A DNA stretch of 64,000 nucleotides from assembly GCA_002507175.1 (NCBI GenBank), contig DAZE01000005.1, positions 20,980-84,979 on the forward strand, written 5' to 3'. The notes under the pieces are model-generated. The model saw only the letters and a program-made list of their open reading frames with translations, had not been told where the DNA came from and searched no databases. A program made the translations under genes and the position numbers. This DNA is from Euryarchaeota archaeon UBA558 (GTDB lineage: Archaea; Thermoplasmatota; Poseidoniia; Poseidoniales; Thalassarchaeaceae). Of the stretch, positions 26,806 through 37,118 are shown piece by piece (the first letter of the stretch is position 1; every line of letters begins with the position of its first letter).

Positions 26806-28965
26806 TCATTCTGCCTCATTCTTCTCAACTTCAAAACTCATGAGCATCACCCTTAATTCGTACCTAACCTCTTCACCATCGTCACTGTGTGGGCATTGAC
26901 CGTTCCCACCACTGTTAGCATCGACTCTCAGGGATAGAGCGTAGTCACCGTCTTGTTCCCCCGACGAACTCAGATTCTCTCGAATCTCCCCCTCGGAAAG
27001 CCCTGATATATTCCAGGCTTGGGTTCCATTGCCCAGATCATCACCAAATGATACGCCCGTTACTGTGACTAACCATGAGAAACCAGACCAAAACTCCTCG
27101 CTCACAATTCCTATGCCAGTCATCTCATCTCCCTGTACCGATGAAAAGTAGCCATTATGCTCCAATTCTCCGATGGTTGAGTCCATCGCGTCATTGCCAG
27201 GGTTGACTGCACATGCTGCTTGTTCTTGGAATGAATTTGGATCAGCCTCCTCGTTTGTCTCATCATAGGTCCAAACCATTTGTACTTCTGCGACCTGGAA
27301 ACCGTCTTCTCGATCGATCTGAGTGAGCAGGTAGTCAAAATCAATCGTCTCCCCATCTCCAATGTATTCCTCATCTTCGACGAGTACCACATTCTCGAAT
27401 TGAAGGGTTGCAGTATAATTTCCAACATCCCCCATGGCCCCACTATCGCTGGATCGGCTGAGGAAATAGCCAACCTCGGCAGCCGACATCGGGGCAAGAA
27501 TTATCATTGCAGATATTCCGATAACACGGCCACTTGGCATCGCATATCGACCTAGGGGGGAGGAATCAGGTGTCCTTATGCGAGCCATGACGAAATGAGC
27601 GGTAAAGGCAGCGCCCATCCCAGGAACGGATTCAAAAATATCATTGTTCAGTCCGACAAGCCTCCAAACAATAACAGCCACCAATGCTGAAACCATCATC
27701 ACGATTGAGTGGAAGGTGTCAGGCTCATACCCCATCCATCGAATGGTAAGCATTGGGATGAATATCCCTCCAAGGCCATAAACCGCTAGAACCACCAGTG
27801 CGAACACCGAATCTCCACCGGGAATGTATTGGCCGGCAACTGAAATTGTAGTTGCTAGTAAGGCCACAAGTAATGTGACTACTTTTGTCATCGCATGATT
27901 TTGGCTCCATTTCGGAATTATGTCATCAGTGATGGCCGCAGTGCAAGCCAATACCTGGCTGTCCGCAGTAGACATCGTCGCCGCAAAAATGGATGCCAAA
28001 ATCAAGCCAACCCAAAAAGGCCCCAGGGTCTCCATGGCCATCATCGGCAAGCCTAACTCCGGATCAAAATCAGATGATGTGAAGGTCACCCGACTTGCAA
28101 GCCCGATTATGAGCATGAGTAGAATAAATGGGGTCTGCCAGACGAAAAACCAAATCATGGCCTGCTTCCTATCTCTATCGGTCCCGAGCGTCATTACCCT
28201 GGAGACAACCTGTGGTTGGCCGGCCACTCCAAGTCCCCCTAGGAAGAACGCGAAAACCCATAGCGTCACTCCAAGTTTCAAGTCCGGTGGAAACATATCA
28301 GTTAGGTTATCATTCTGAGAATTCAGTCCATCGTGGAGCCCATTGAAGCCACCGACCTCACCCATTGCAACCCAACAGAGTAGGACAGACCCCACAATCA
28401 TGACACAGGATTGGGCTGCATCAGTCCAAATCGATGCCCGAATTCCTCCCGCATAACAATAAGCAACAACCAGAACAAATCCAATCAAGATGCCAACTAG
28501 CTCCGGCCATCCCATCATCGCAAATAGCGCCTTTCCTCCGGATGTTAGTTGAGCCGCGGCGTAAACTGACAGAAATAGAACAGACAGTGCGGCCGCCAGC
28601 TTAGCCTCAGGAGCCCCACTTACGCGAGATACGAGGGATGAAAGCGATCGGACACCCCTCTCATTTGCTTGCTCTTGGATAAATTTGTACAACCATATCC
28701 ATGCCACGATCTGTCCAATTGTGGATGCCAGACCTATCCAAATGACAGAATAGCCAATGGTATATGTGAATCCAATAAACCCGATGAACATGTATCCACT
28801 GTTCCAGGTACTAACAGCTGACAATGCCGCCAAACCTGGATGCATTCCACGCCCCGCAACTAGGTAATCATCCGTGGTGTTCTCCTTGACTCGAATTGAG
28901 GAAAGGCCCACGGCTGCGAAGAAACCCATGAACAGGAGGAATGAGAGGATCAGGATGATCTCCAT
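26806..28965 (-). CDS. Sodium:solute (proline-type, SSS) symporter with extra C-terminal soluble domain
   Basis: DYLVAGR, SGYMFIG, GGIRASIWTD..Q, GQPQ, AATMSTADSQ; about 215 aa acidic extension. Confidence 0.88.
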   Translation of the reverse strand: MEIILILSFLLFMGFFAAVGLSSIRVKENTTDDYLVAGRGMHPGLAALSAVSTWNSGYMFIGFIGFTYTIGYSVIWIGLASTIGQIVAWIWLYKFIQEQANERGVRSLSSLVSRVSGAPEAKLAAALSVLFLSVYAAAQLTSGGKALFAMMGWPELVGILIGFVLVVAYCYAGGIRASIWTDAAQSCVMIVGSVLLCWVAMGEVGGFNGLHDGLNSQNDNLTDMFPPDLKLGVTLWVFAFFLGGLGVAGQPQVVSRVMTLGTDRDRKQAMIWFFVWQTPFILLMLIIGLASRVTFTSSDFDPELGLPMMAMETLGPFWVGLILASIFAATMSTADSQVLACTAAITDDIIPKWSQNHAMTKVVTLLVALLATTISVAGQYIPGGDSVFALVVLAVYGLGGIFIPMLTIRWMGYEPDTFHSIVMMVSALVAVIVWRLVGLNNDIFESVPGMGAAFTAHFVMARIRTPDSSPLGRYAMPSGRVIGISAMIILAPMSAAEVGYFLSRSSDSGAMGDVGNYTATLQFENVVLVEDEEYIGDGETIDFDYLLTQIDREDGFQVAEVQMVWTYDETNEEADPNSFQEQAACAVNPGNDAMDSTIGELEHNGYFSSVQGDEMTGIGIVSEEFWSGFSWLVTVTGVSFGDDLGNGTQAWNISGLSEGEIRENLSSSGEQDGDYALSLRVDANSGGNGQCPHSDDGEEVRYELRVMLMSFEVEKNEAE

Positions 28966-29044
28966 CGACCTGTCAGGGGAGCCACCCCATGATCAATACC
29001 TTGCATCCGACATGACTTTGAGTAGCGGCTGACCGCTGAAAATC

Positions 29045-29281
29045 GTGCCTCTTCTTTCTTGGAGTCGGATATCTGCCTCGCCGTGGTTTAGGGGGGTATT
29101 GATCTACTCAGTGTTCAGGGCGATTTACGGCGCGTTAATCCTGTTGATTACGCTTGTGCTTGCAACGAGCGATGATGCCCCATGGTGGACCAGCATAATT
29201 TTCCTATTGATTTCCATGGTGGTAAGTAGAATCATTTTCAGGCGGATCAACTTATGGTTTCAGAACAGATCAAAAAAGTAA
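29045..29281 (+). CDS. Small 2-TM membrane protein
   Basis: Two hydrophobic helices, basic C-terminus, intergenic position. Confidence 0.55.
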   Translation: MPLLSWSRISASPWFRGVLIYSVFRAIYGALILLITLVLATSDDAPWWTSIIFLLISMVVSRIIFRRINLWFQNRSKK

Positions 29282-29320
29282 GGGTGATGTAGATTGAAAA
29301 TGGATATCGAAGGTCAAATG

Positions 29321-30601
29321 CTATTCATTCGGAAGCAAGGTCTTTTTCCCGCGCATCGCTGGTACTAGAACATCCGGTACGATCACACTCCCATCGTCAG
29401 TCTGATACTGTTCCATGATAGCAACAAGCGCCCGACTGGTTGCAACAGCAGTGGAGTTTAGTGTATGAACGGCCTCATTACCACCACTCTTCCTATACCT
29501 CATTTTGAGTCTATTTGCTTGATAATCGGTACAGTTTGAACAGGAGACTACTTCTTTGAATTCCCCTGCACCAGGCAACCACGCCTCCAAGTCATATTTT
29601 CGTGATGCAACAGTACCCATGTCCCCTGTGCAAATATCGACAATGCGATAGTGGAGGCCCAAACTGTCCCATAGGTCCTTCGCGTTATTCAACAATTCAG
29701 TATGAAAGCCCCACGATTCTTCCGGCTTGCAGATGATTACCTGTTCAACTTTGGTAAACTGATGAACCCTCCAAATTCCTCTGTCAGACATTCCGTGGGC
29801 CCCGACCTCTCTACGAAAGCATGGACTCACTCCCACCAACTTGATTGGCAAATTGTTTTGTTCAATCACCTCATCCATCATCATTGCAGTAAGAGGATGT
29901 TCACTCGTAGCTATGAGATAATATCCATCGGGTTCCACCCCATACATCACATTCTCGAAGTCAGATAGGTCTGTGACACCTTCGTATGCCTTCCTATTCA
30001 TCATCAGAGGTGGTTGTACCAGGGTATATCCTCTGTCGATGAGGAAGTCTGCAGAGTACTGTTGAAGAGCCATCTCAAGCCTAGCGAGATCCCCCATCAG
30101 AAAATACTGTCTTGACCCAGTAATTTTACCTGCTCTGGAGAGGTCAACCCACCCGTTCTTTTCTATGATTTCATTATGGGTCTTTGGTTTGAAATCAAAA
30201 CTTGGAAGTTCGCCATGTCTGCTGATCTCAACGTTTTTTTGATCATTCTCTCCTGTTGGCACGTCCTCATGTAGTAGATTGGGTATCTGCATCCTTATTG
30301 AGTCCCTTTTGAAAATCAACTGTTCTGCTTCCTCCTCGAGGTCTTCAATTTTGGAACCCAAATTGCTTACCTTACCAAGTATTGCATCGACCTCTTCTTC
30401 ATCCCCTTTCTTCTTAGCCTCAGAAATCAATCTCGCGGCTGAGTTGCGGGACTTTCTGAGTTGATCTACCTCGAATCTAACCTCCCTCCACCTACCATCT
30501 AAGAGAAGAACTTCATCAATGATGGAGCCGTTGATACCTCGTTTGAAAAAATCAGCCCTGATTCTATCAGGATCATCTCGGAATAACTGTATGTCCAGCA
30601 T
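29321..30601 (-). CDS. serS: Seryl-tRNA synthetase (bacterial type)
   Basis: MLDI, N-terminal coiled coil, LIATSE, CFRREVG, RVHQFTKVEQ, SCSNCTDYQ, HTLN. Confidence 0.97.
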   Translation of the reverse strand: MLDIQLFRDDPDRIRADFFKRGINGSIIDEVLLLDGRWREVRFEVDQLRKSRNSAARLISEAKKKGDEEEVDAILGKVSNLGSKIEDLEEEAEQLIFKRDSIRMQIPNLLHEDVPTGENDQKNVEISRHGELPSFDFKPKTHNEIIEKNGWVDLSRAGKITGSRQYFLMGDLARLEMALQQYSADFLIDRGYTLVQPPLMMNRKAYEGVTDLSDFENVMYGVEPDGYYLIATSEHPLTAMMMDEVIEQNNLPIKLVGVSPCFRREVGAHGMSDRGIWRVHQFTKVEQVIICKPEESWGFHTELLNNAKDLWDSLGLHYRIVDICTGDMGTVASRKYDLEAWLPGAGEFKEVVSCSNCTDYQANRLKMRYRKSGGNEAVHTLNSTAVATSRALVAIMEQYQTDDGSVIVPDVLVPAMRGKKTLLPNE

Positions 30602-30656
30602 TGGTCCCGACGTTGGGTGATAACCGGCTTTCTTGAGGGATTCGGCGATTGCCGAG

Positions 30657-31736
30657 TTAGAACAACGATATATCCTGCCAAAGCGCCGTTGGGCCCACGA
30701 ATATTATTCCTGAAATTATGTACCCCATGATCGCTCCTCCGTTTAGAAGTGGGAGACCTGGTTGGGCTTCTCCTTTGGCGACGAATGACATCAATTTTGC
30801 GTAACCTACCAAGCCACCCAGAAGGGTCCCTATCGCGACCAAGAGCTGACCGAGATACATAGTGCCGAATGGGTTGAAGACCTCTCCTCCCACTTCTGGC
30901 ATGTAGGTCAGGCTCGAAATTACAAGCATCCCGGGGAATATGACATCTCCTAATCCCATAAAAAGTGCGTCTCGACCCTTCCCACCACTATCTTCGCTAT
31001 CTGGGCTTGGGGGAAATCCTGATCCATCGGGTTGATCCTGACCTTCTGCCCCCTCCTTGGTCTTCATGTCTCCCTTTTGCCCAATGAAGCTGTAGCTTGC
31101 GTCCTTTGGTGCGACCAAGACAACTGGAAGTTTCAAATCAATCATGGTGTCGGCAAGCTCAAGCATGTGCTTAGATCGATGCACTGCCCAATAGTCGTAA
31201 ATTGCAGCTGCAATCATGAATACACAAATCAGTACTGGGACGAAACTAATCCCTAGCATCACAATAACGCCCGAGCCTACTACCATTCCAACACCGTTCA
31301 CGACCCACCATTCGGGATATTTGTACAGTGCGACTATGGATAATAGGGAAACGACTGGTGAGGCATAGAAGGCGAAACGCCATGGTTCTTGATCTTCCAA
31401 GCCGGAAAGCCCTCCAATCAAGGCGAATATTGGTACTGTGGCGTATAGCATTGAGACCCATAATGCAAAGAGGATGAAGTATTTTATTGCTGCCTGCAGA
31501 CCTTTTCTTGCGAGCCATATCACGAGTGCTGTGAATAGGAGGATCATCATCAGTTCAAATATGATATTTTTAGCCTCCGTTGACCCTTCTTCCCCGAAGG
31601 CCTTGGCTTCCTCGAAATTCCAAGCAGGTTGGATAAATATTCCAATACAAATGGTTGTTACAAACATTCCTGCCATTCCGATCATCGAAGTCCAGGCCAT
31701 TCCTCCCATTTTTCCGTCTGCCATGGTGGCCCCCAT
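30657..31736 (-). CDS. Presenilin/SPP-family intramembrane aspartyl protease (A22)
   Basis: IYD, MGLGD (GxGD) and PGLP motifs; about 9 TM; start may be 31724. Confidence 0.9.
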   Translation of the reverse strand: MGATMADGKMGGMAWTSMIGMAGMFVTTICIGIFIQPAWNFEEAKAFGEEGSTEAKNIIFELMMILLFTALVIWLARKGLQAAIKYFILFALWVSMLYATVPIFALIGGLSGLEDQEPWRFAFYASPVVSLLSIVALYKYPEWWVVNGVGMVVGSGVIVMLGISFVPVLICVFMIAAAIYDYWAVHRSKHMLELADTMIDLKLPVVLVAPKDASYSFIGQKGDMKTKEGAEGQDQPDGSGFPPSPDSEDSGGKGRDALFMGLGDVIFPGMLVISSLTYMPEVGGEVFNPFGTMYLGQLLVAIGTLLGGLVGYAKLMSFVAKGEAQPGLPLLNGGAIMGYIISGIIFVGPTALWQDISLF

Positions 31737-31773
31737 AGTCTAGGATCATATCAGGGTGACCCGTCGTCGATAC

Positions 31774-33012
31774 ATGGCAGAGTGGTCTCACAATGAACTT
31801 CGTGACTGGCTAGCTCCTACCCCTGGCAAGAAGCGGATGCGACTGGGCCTCGAAAATGTCAAGGATATTTTGGGTCGATTATCAAACCCTGAGTCCTCGT
31901 TCCCTTCAATACACGTAGCGGGTACGAACGGAAAGGGGTCACTTTGTGCACATCTTTCGGCAAGAGGTGCAGCAAATGGCGTTCTGATGGGAATGTTCAG
32001 CTCTCCTCATCTAGTATCTGTTGAGGAGAGAGTGAGGATCGATGGGAGGCCAATTAGCTCAGATGAATTCGACCTAGCCCTTTCTGAGGTAAGGCTAGCA
32101 TCAGAGAAGGAGCCCGAGATCGAGGTCACATATTTTGAGAAAACGATGCTCGTAGCCATGCTCGCATTTCGAAGAGCCAAGATAGGTAGGGCAGTCATAG
32201 AAACAGGGTTGGGAGGAAGGCTGGATGCGACGAGATGCGTTCATGCAGACCTATGCGCCATAACAACCATCTCTGAAGACCACATGGAGATTCTTGGCCC
32301 TACGCTGATGCACATTTTGAGGGAAAAGGCGGGGATTCATCGTAAGGGCGCGCCCTTGGTGATGCTCAATCCAGAACACTCCGATCTTGTGGATGAGGCA
32401 CGAAGGATCATCGGCGGCGATCTGATAATGCATAGTCCTGAGAATCTAGACTCTCCTTGGGTAATCAGCAGGTCCATGGCAGTCGCGATAGGGGAAATGC
32501 TGGGCTGGGAGATTGATCATGAGGATCCTCTGTGGCCAGGTAGGGACTCTAACACATATCGACATGGAAATAACGAGATATTCCTCAGCGCTGCCCACAA
32601 CTACGAAAGTATACTTTCGGAGATGACTAGGCTCAAGGAACCCAACACTCTCATCATCGGATTGACAAAGAAACAAGATCTTCACAGGGTACTGGCTCCG
32701 GTCAAAGCTGCAATTGAACGCAAAATGATTGAGCGTGTTCTGATCCTAGAACCAAAACATGGCAGGCTCCCTCCTGAAAATCAACAAGATGTCATAGAAG
32801 CACTGGGAACGGGGGCTATGGTATCTGTGCCTATCGATATGAAAGAGGCAATTGAATTAGCAAGCAGTATCTCCAGAGATAAGGCGACTAGGATAATGGT
32901 AATGGGAAGCATACACCTGGTTGGAGATTGTATTGAAATCATACACACAGGGAATGGGGATCTTGACCCAATCCTCCAGATACATGCCAGTCACCATTCA
33001 CCATGCTTCTAA
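31774..33012 (+). CDS. folC: Folylpolyglutamate/dihydrofolate synthase
   Basis: HVAGTNGKGS, SPHL...ER, ETGLGGRLDAT, DH...LG, AHN, GSIHLVG. Confidence 0.88.
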   Translation: MAEWSHNELRDWLAPTPGKKRMRLGLENVKDILGRLSNPESSFPSIHVAGTNGKGSLCAHLSARGAANGVLMGMFSSPHLVSVEERVRIDGRPISSDEFDLALSEVRLASEKEPEIEVTYFEKTMLVAMLAFRRAKIGRAVIETGLGGRLDATRCVHADLCAITTISEDHMEILGPTLMHILREKAGIHRKGAPLVMLNPEHSDLVDEARRIIGGDLIMHSPENLDSPWVISRSMAVAIGEMLGWEIDHEDPLWPGRDSNTYRHGNNEIFLSAAHNYESILSEMTRLKEPNTLIIGLTKKQDLHRVLAPVKAAIERKMIERVLILEPKHGRLPPENQQDVIEALGTGAMVSVPIDMKEAIELASSISRDKATRIMVMGSIHLVGDCIEIIHTGNGDLDPILQIHASHHSPCF

Positions 33013-33036
33013 AAGGAGATTATACACGGTGACAAC

Positions 33037-33474
33037 ATGAGCGCTAAGTGGGACATACGATTCTTGAAACTTGCAACTCATATATCGGAGTGGAGCAAAG
33101 ACCCATCGACGAAGGTTGGGTGCGTGGTTGTCGGTCCAGATCGAGAAATTAGGTCAACGGGTTTCAATGGATTCCCCCGAGGTATACAAGATTCGGATGA
33201 GAGACTTACAAACAGGGATCTGAAGTATCCCTTGATATGTCACGCGGAGGAGAATGCGATAATGCACGCAGCAAGGATCGGTCTTGCTTTGAAGGGATGT
33301 ACGGCATATGTGACATGGCCCCCGTGCACTAGATGTGCGCGCAGCCTCATCCAAGCTGGAGTATCAGAGATAGTAATCCCATCAGGTCTCGAGATACCAG
33401 ACCGATGGAGGGATGATTTTGAGATGTCTATGGGGCTACTAAGAGAAGCAGAGGTCACGATCCGATCGGCTTAA
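33037..33474 (+). CDS. dCMP deaminase family protein
   Basis: SKDPSTKVG, GFNG, HAEENA, PCTRC. Confidence 0.92.
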   Translation: MSAKWDIRFLKLATHISEWSKDPSTKVGCVVVGPDREIRSTGFNGFPRGIQDSDERLTNRDLKYPLICHAEENAIMHAARIGLALKGCTAYVTWPPCTRCARSLIQAGVSEIVIPSGLEIPDRWRDDFEMSMGLLREAEVTIRSA

Positions 33475-33478
33475 GTTG

Positions 33479-34036
33479 CTAAATCTCTGGAAAAAGCTCT
33501 CCTAAATGCCTTTCCAAGGCAGCTAGGTCGCCGTTGTTTTCAACCGTGTGGTCCGCCAAGGCGGATGTCGCGATCAAAGATTGGCCCGTTGCATCTTTAG
33601 ACACGAGCTCCAATCTCTCAACCTCCAAAAAAGCCTCTTTGGTAACTGGGTCTCCAGATCTTGCCCTCGTCTGCGCCCTGAGCCACCGGGTTTCAGGATC
33701 AGCAGTCACCTCCAATAGAACGAAATCATTTCTTTTCCTCAGGGCGTAAACTTCGTCCGGCGTCCTTATGGAGTCAATCACTGCATTCTCGCCCTCAAAA
33801 GCCTCCAACAGCATTTCCGCTAATATCCCAGGCCCATGCCTTTTTCTTAATTCCCTCCCACCGTTTATCAGATTCTCCCTAGTGGGCTGAATATCGTTCT
33901 CTGATAACCAAGATCTAATCGAATCTGAGCATGATCCTGTAAGGAACCCACGTGTTTGGAACCATTCCAAAACAGTTGTTTTCCCTGCTGCGTTTCGCCC
34001 CGTAAGCCCCACAAGCATAATTCGTGGAGAGCCCAC
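33479..34036 (-). CDS. P-loop nucleotide kinase-like protein (dephospho-CoA/NMP kinase fold)
   Basis: GLTGRNAAGKT Walker A, SD.IR, IDSIR, ENNG; start may be 34018. Confidence 0.8.
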   Translation of the reverse strand: MGSPRIMLVGLTGRNAAGKTTVLEWFQTRGFLTGSCSDSIRSWLSENDIQPTRENLINGGRELRKRHGPGILAEMLLEAFEGENAVIDSIRTPDEVYALRKRNDFVLLEVTADPETRWLRAQTRARSGDPVTKEAFLEVERLELVSKDATGQSLIATSALADHTVENNGDLAALERHLGELFPEI

Positions 34037-34054
34037 AACTCAATAGCGGTTTTG

Positions 34055-37000
34055 TCAAGACCAATACCGCCTAGTCCTGGCATATTCGATTTCGGAATTG
34101 TGGATCGACCTCAGTAACCCAGTCCTAGAATCTGTCCGGAATCCTCTCAGTATCCTAGTAGCAGTCTCCTCCCCGATTCCTCTTCCCATCAGACAAAGGA
34201 TTGCTTCAAATCCATGGTTATTGAGCAATTCAGCATTCTTCTGCATCCTCGCCCTATCCTTGGGTTCTCTACTTTTCACCCATCCCAGCATCATTTCCTC
34301 CATCCTCTCTGGCCCGCAACATCTCATGCTCCCTCCACAAATTGGACAATCTCCAACACCCAGTTCAAGCCTATTCACCCGACTTCTTTGCACATTGTGG
34401 CAATTCAAGCAGACCAGAATACAGCGTTCTGACAACAATCTTGTTTCCAATCTCTCTCGCAACTCTTTATCCCCCCAAGCAGGGAGAAGCATGTCTCGTT
34501 CAGACCTCGGCGATTGTCCGAGCGGCCCTGGGGGAGTTATGATGATCTCGACGGAACCAAGTTGTAATTCCGACATGAGTTCCATGGCTCCCGTAATGTC
34601 CATTCTTTCATGGAATAACTTTGACAAAGTCTCCTCAACTACCGCCGTCCCTTGATAGCGCTTCAGCATCCCTGAAATGTTTACTTTTCTTGGGTCAACG
34701 TCCTTTCTCAGTATGCCGAATCTTCGAGCAACCTGCACAAATCTGGCTCTGATGGCCCTTCCGTTTGGTATGGTCATCCTCAATATTGCTTCCAAGGCAA
34801 GTGGCGAGGTTTCACGTAGCCACTTCTCTATGTCGGATGCTTTCACGCCGGGAATTCTGAATGATATCCTATAGGGGTCAACAACAGCGACCCCCATGCT
34901 CCCACCAAGGCCTGATCCCATAGCTTGGATGAAATGGGCTAGAGTCTCATTTATTCTTGATCCACGACAGCAGTTCAATATGATGGCATGTTCTCTGAGT
35001 TCAATCGTCAAAGTCTTGTCATCTGGGACATGGCCGGTGGAATCAAAGTGGTCAACTACGGTCTGGATATACAACGAGGCTGCTTCCTCAGAGAGTGGAT
35101 AGTCATCAAACGAGATTTCATCTTCACTCTCTCTGGTTGCGTTCACAAGGTCCAGAACCCTCCTTCGCATCTGTCCAACTTCAATGGCAACCTCAGAAGG
35201 GACTGGCGGCAACTCCCCTGACCAAACAGGAGCGCTCCCTACTTGAGAAACTGGTGCTACCACTAACTCATTCTGCTCAGGATCAGCATCCACAATCTGC
35301 CAAGTCCTTCCTGCCATTACGAATGTCCTGGGTCTGCCCTCAGCATCCTCGCTGCCATCTGAGTTCAAGGATAGTACGAATGACTCATCAACCGTTCCTA
35401 GGACTCGTCTGCTGACCAGATCACGAATCTTGAACAAAGACTCGTCTGGAATCATCGAATAATGGTCCCCCCTCGTAGACATTAGCTTGCCAGCGCCTTG
35501 AAACCAACCATCAGACAAAACCTCGGGTAGGCTCCTCACCATTTTCAACCTCATCTTTTCCAGTTCCGAGTCAGAATAATCGCCGGGGATTGGACGAGAA
35601 TCAGGGAAGTCAGCGTCATCAATGAGGCTAGAGAACTCATCCCAAAGCATCGTGCTCCAAGCAATGATGTCCGAGTTAGGGGGGTCATCTATTAGCCTAA
35701 GTAGCCAACGATCATCAAGCACCCTAAGAGTCGCCATGGTATCTTCGAATGACCAATCTCTGAACACTGATGCAGATGAAAGTATGCCATGGGCAGTCTG
35801 GAGAGGTACAACCTTTCTCTCCATTGCCATTTGAAGCAGTTGATTTGCCGCAACGATTGTCGGGTTGAGACGCCACTCGATGTTAGGTAATTCCTTGGCG
35901 AGAGCCTTTCTTGCAATCACAGCTGACTCGGCGATATCATCATGCTCCCATACGAGTATCTGACCTCGTCCAGTTCCCCCCAATTTGTGTTCGGACCTTC
36001 CGATCCGTTGGAGCAGGCTGTCTACACTTCTAGGAGATTGAATCTGATGCACCGCCTTGATTGATCCGACGTCTATTCCAAGCTCTAGACTAGATGTGCA
36101 GATCATGGCATCCAACTTACCATCTTTCAGTGCATTTTCCATTTGCTCTCTGGTTTCAGCCGCAAGACTTCCATGATGTACCCCGATTCTTACCTCTGGG
36201 GAGATCTGAACCATGCGCTGAGCTACTGTCTCGGCATTTGACCTCGAATTCACGAAGACCAAGGCTGGAGAAGATGTGTTGATGAGACTCGTTAGCCTCC
36301 TCAGTGAGGATATGGCTCTAGGGGAGACATTCCAAGCTACTGACAGCGCTTCATCCTCGGGAGTTGCGGGCTCCACGTGAACTGAAACCTCGGTTGACCT
36401 TGGTGATGGACCTTCCACCACCACTGCGTCTTTCGAAAACCATCTTGCAACCTCATTTGCGTTTCCTACCGTAGCTGATAGCCCTACAACCTGGACTTCT
36501 CTTCCAGCAAGTGCGCGTATTCTTTGGATCCCCACTAACAATTGTGAGCCACGCTCTGAACTTGCGAGGTCATGAACTTCGTCAATGACGATCGTTCGAA
36601 CCTTCGCTAGGTGTTTTCTCAACCTAGAACCTAAAAGCATGATCTGGAGGGTTTCAGGCGTGGTAATCAGAATGTCAGGCGGGGTCTTCGATTGTCTTGC
36701 CCGCTCTTTTTTTGTAGTATCTCCGTGACGTAGTGATACCGTGAGGCCAAGGGGTTCCAGAAATGGTCCAAGCCTCTTATCCATGTCCCTGTTCAGGGCC
36801 CTGAGAGGTGTGACATATAGGACGGAAAGTGCCCGCCAGTCCCCTGAAAGTACGTTTGAGGCTATTGGGATTATTGCAGCCTCGGTCTTCCCGCTTCCAG
36901 TCGGCGCGACCAACAAGGCATCCTTTCCCAAAAGCAGGGGTTTCAACGACGCCTCCTGAATAGGGGTGGGAGTCCAACTTAGATTGTCTAGTAGTAGAGA

Positions 37001-37093
37001 TACCTCAGGGACCAGCCCCTCGTTAGGTCGCACGGACCATGGGGAGACTAGGGCATGCAAAAAGACATGTTCCACAGGACCAACCACCCGCAA
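34055..37093 (-). CDS. lhr: Lhr-like SF2 helicase with C-terminal Zn finger
   Basis: APTGSGKT, TPLRAL, DEVH, LSAT, HHGSL, SSLELGID, QRIGRS; CLNC...CPIC; true start probably downstream of 37093. Confidence 0.9.
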   Translation of the reverse strand: MRVVGPVEHVFLHALVSPWSVRPNEGLVPEVSLLLDNLSWTPTPIQEASLKPLLLGKDALLVAPTGSGKTEAAIIPIASNVLSGDWRALSVLYVTPLRALNRDMDKRLGPFLEPLGLTVSLRHGDTTKKERARQSKTPPDILITTPETLQIMLLGSRLRKHLAKVRTIVIDEVHDLASSERGSQLLVGIQRIRALAGREVQVVGLSATVGNANEVARWFSKDAVVVEGPSPRSTEVSVHVEPATPEDEALSVAWNVSPRAISSLRRLTSLINTSSPALVFVNSRSNAETVAQRMVQISPEVRIGVHHGSLAAETREQMENALKDGKLDAMICTSSLELGIDVGSIKAVHQIQSPRSVDSLLQRIGRSEHKLGGTGRGQILVWEHDDIAESAVIARKALAKELPNIEWRLNPTIVAANQLLQMAMERKVVPLQTAHGILSSASVFRDWSFEDTMATLRVLDDRWLLRLIDDPPNSDIIAWSTMLWDEFSSLIDDADFPDSRPIPGDYSDSELEKMRLKMVRSLPEVLSDGWFQGAGKLMSTRGDHYSMIPDESLFKIRDLVSRRVLGTVDESFVLSLNSDGSEDAEGRPRTFVMAGRTWQIVDADPEQNELVVAPVSQVGSAPVWSGELPPVPSEVAIEVGQMRRRVLDLVNATRESEDEISFDDYPLSEEAASLYIQTVVDHFDSTGHVPDDKTLTIELREHAIILNCCRGSRINETLAHFIQAMGSGLGGSMGVAVVDPYRISFRIPGVKASDIEKWLRETSPLALEAILRMTIPNGRAIRARFVQVARRFGILRKDVDPRKVNISGMLKRYQGTAVVEETLSKLFHERMDITGAMELMSELQLGSVEIIITPPGPLGQSPRSERDMLLPAWGDKELRERLETRLLSERCILVCLNCHNVQRSRVNRLELGVGDCPICGGSMRCCGPERMEEMMLGWVKSREPKDRARMQKNAELLNNHGFEAILCLMGRGIGEETATRILRGFRTDSRTGLLRSIHNSEIEYARTRRYWS

Positions 37094-37118
37094 GTGACTA
37101 ATTCAGATCGCTCCTCCG

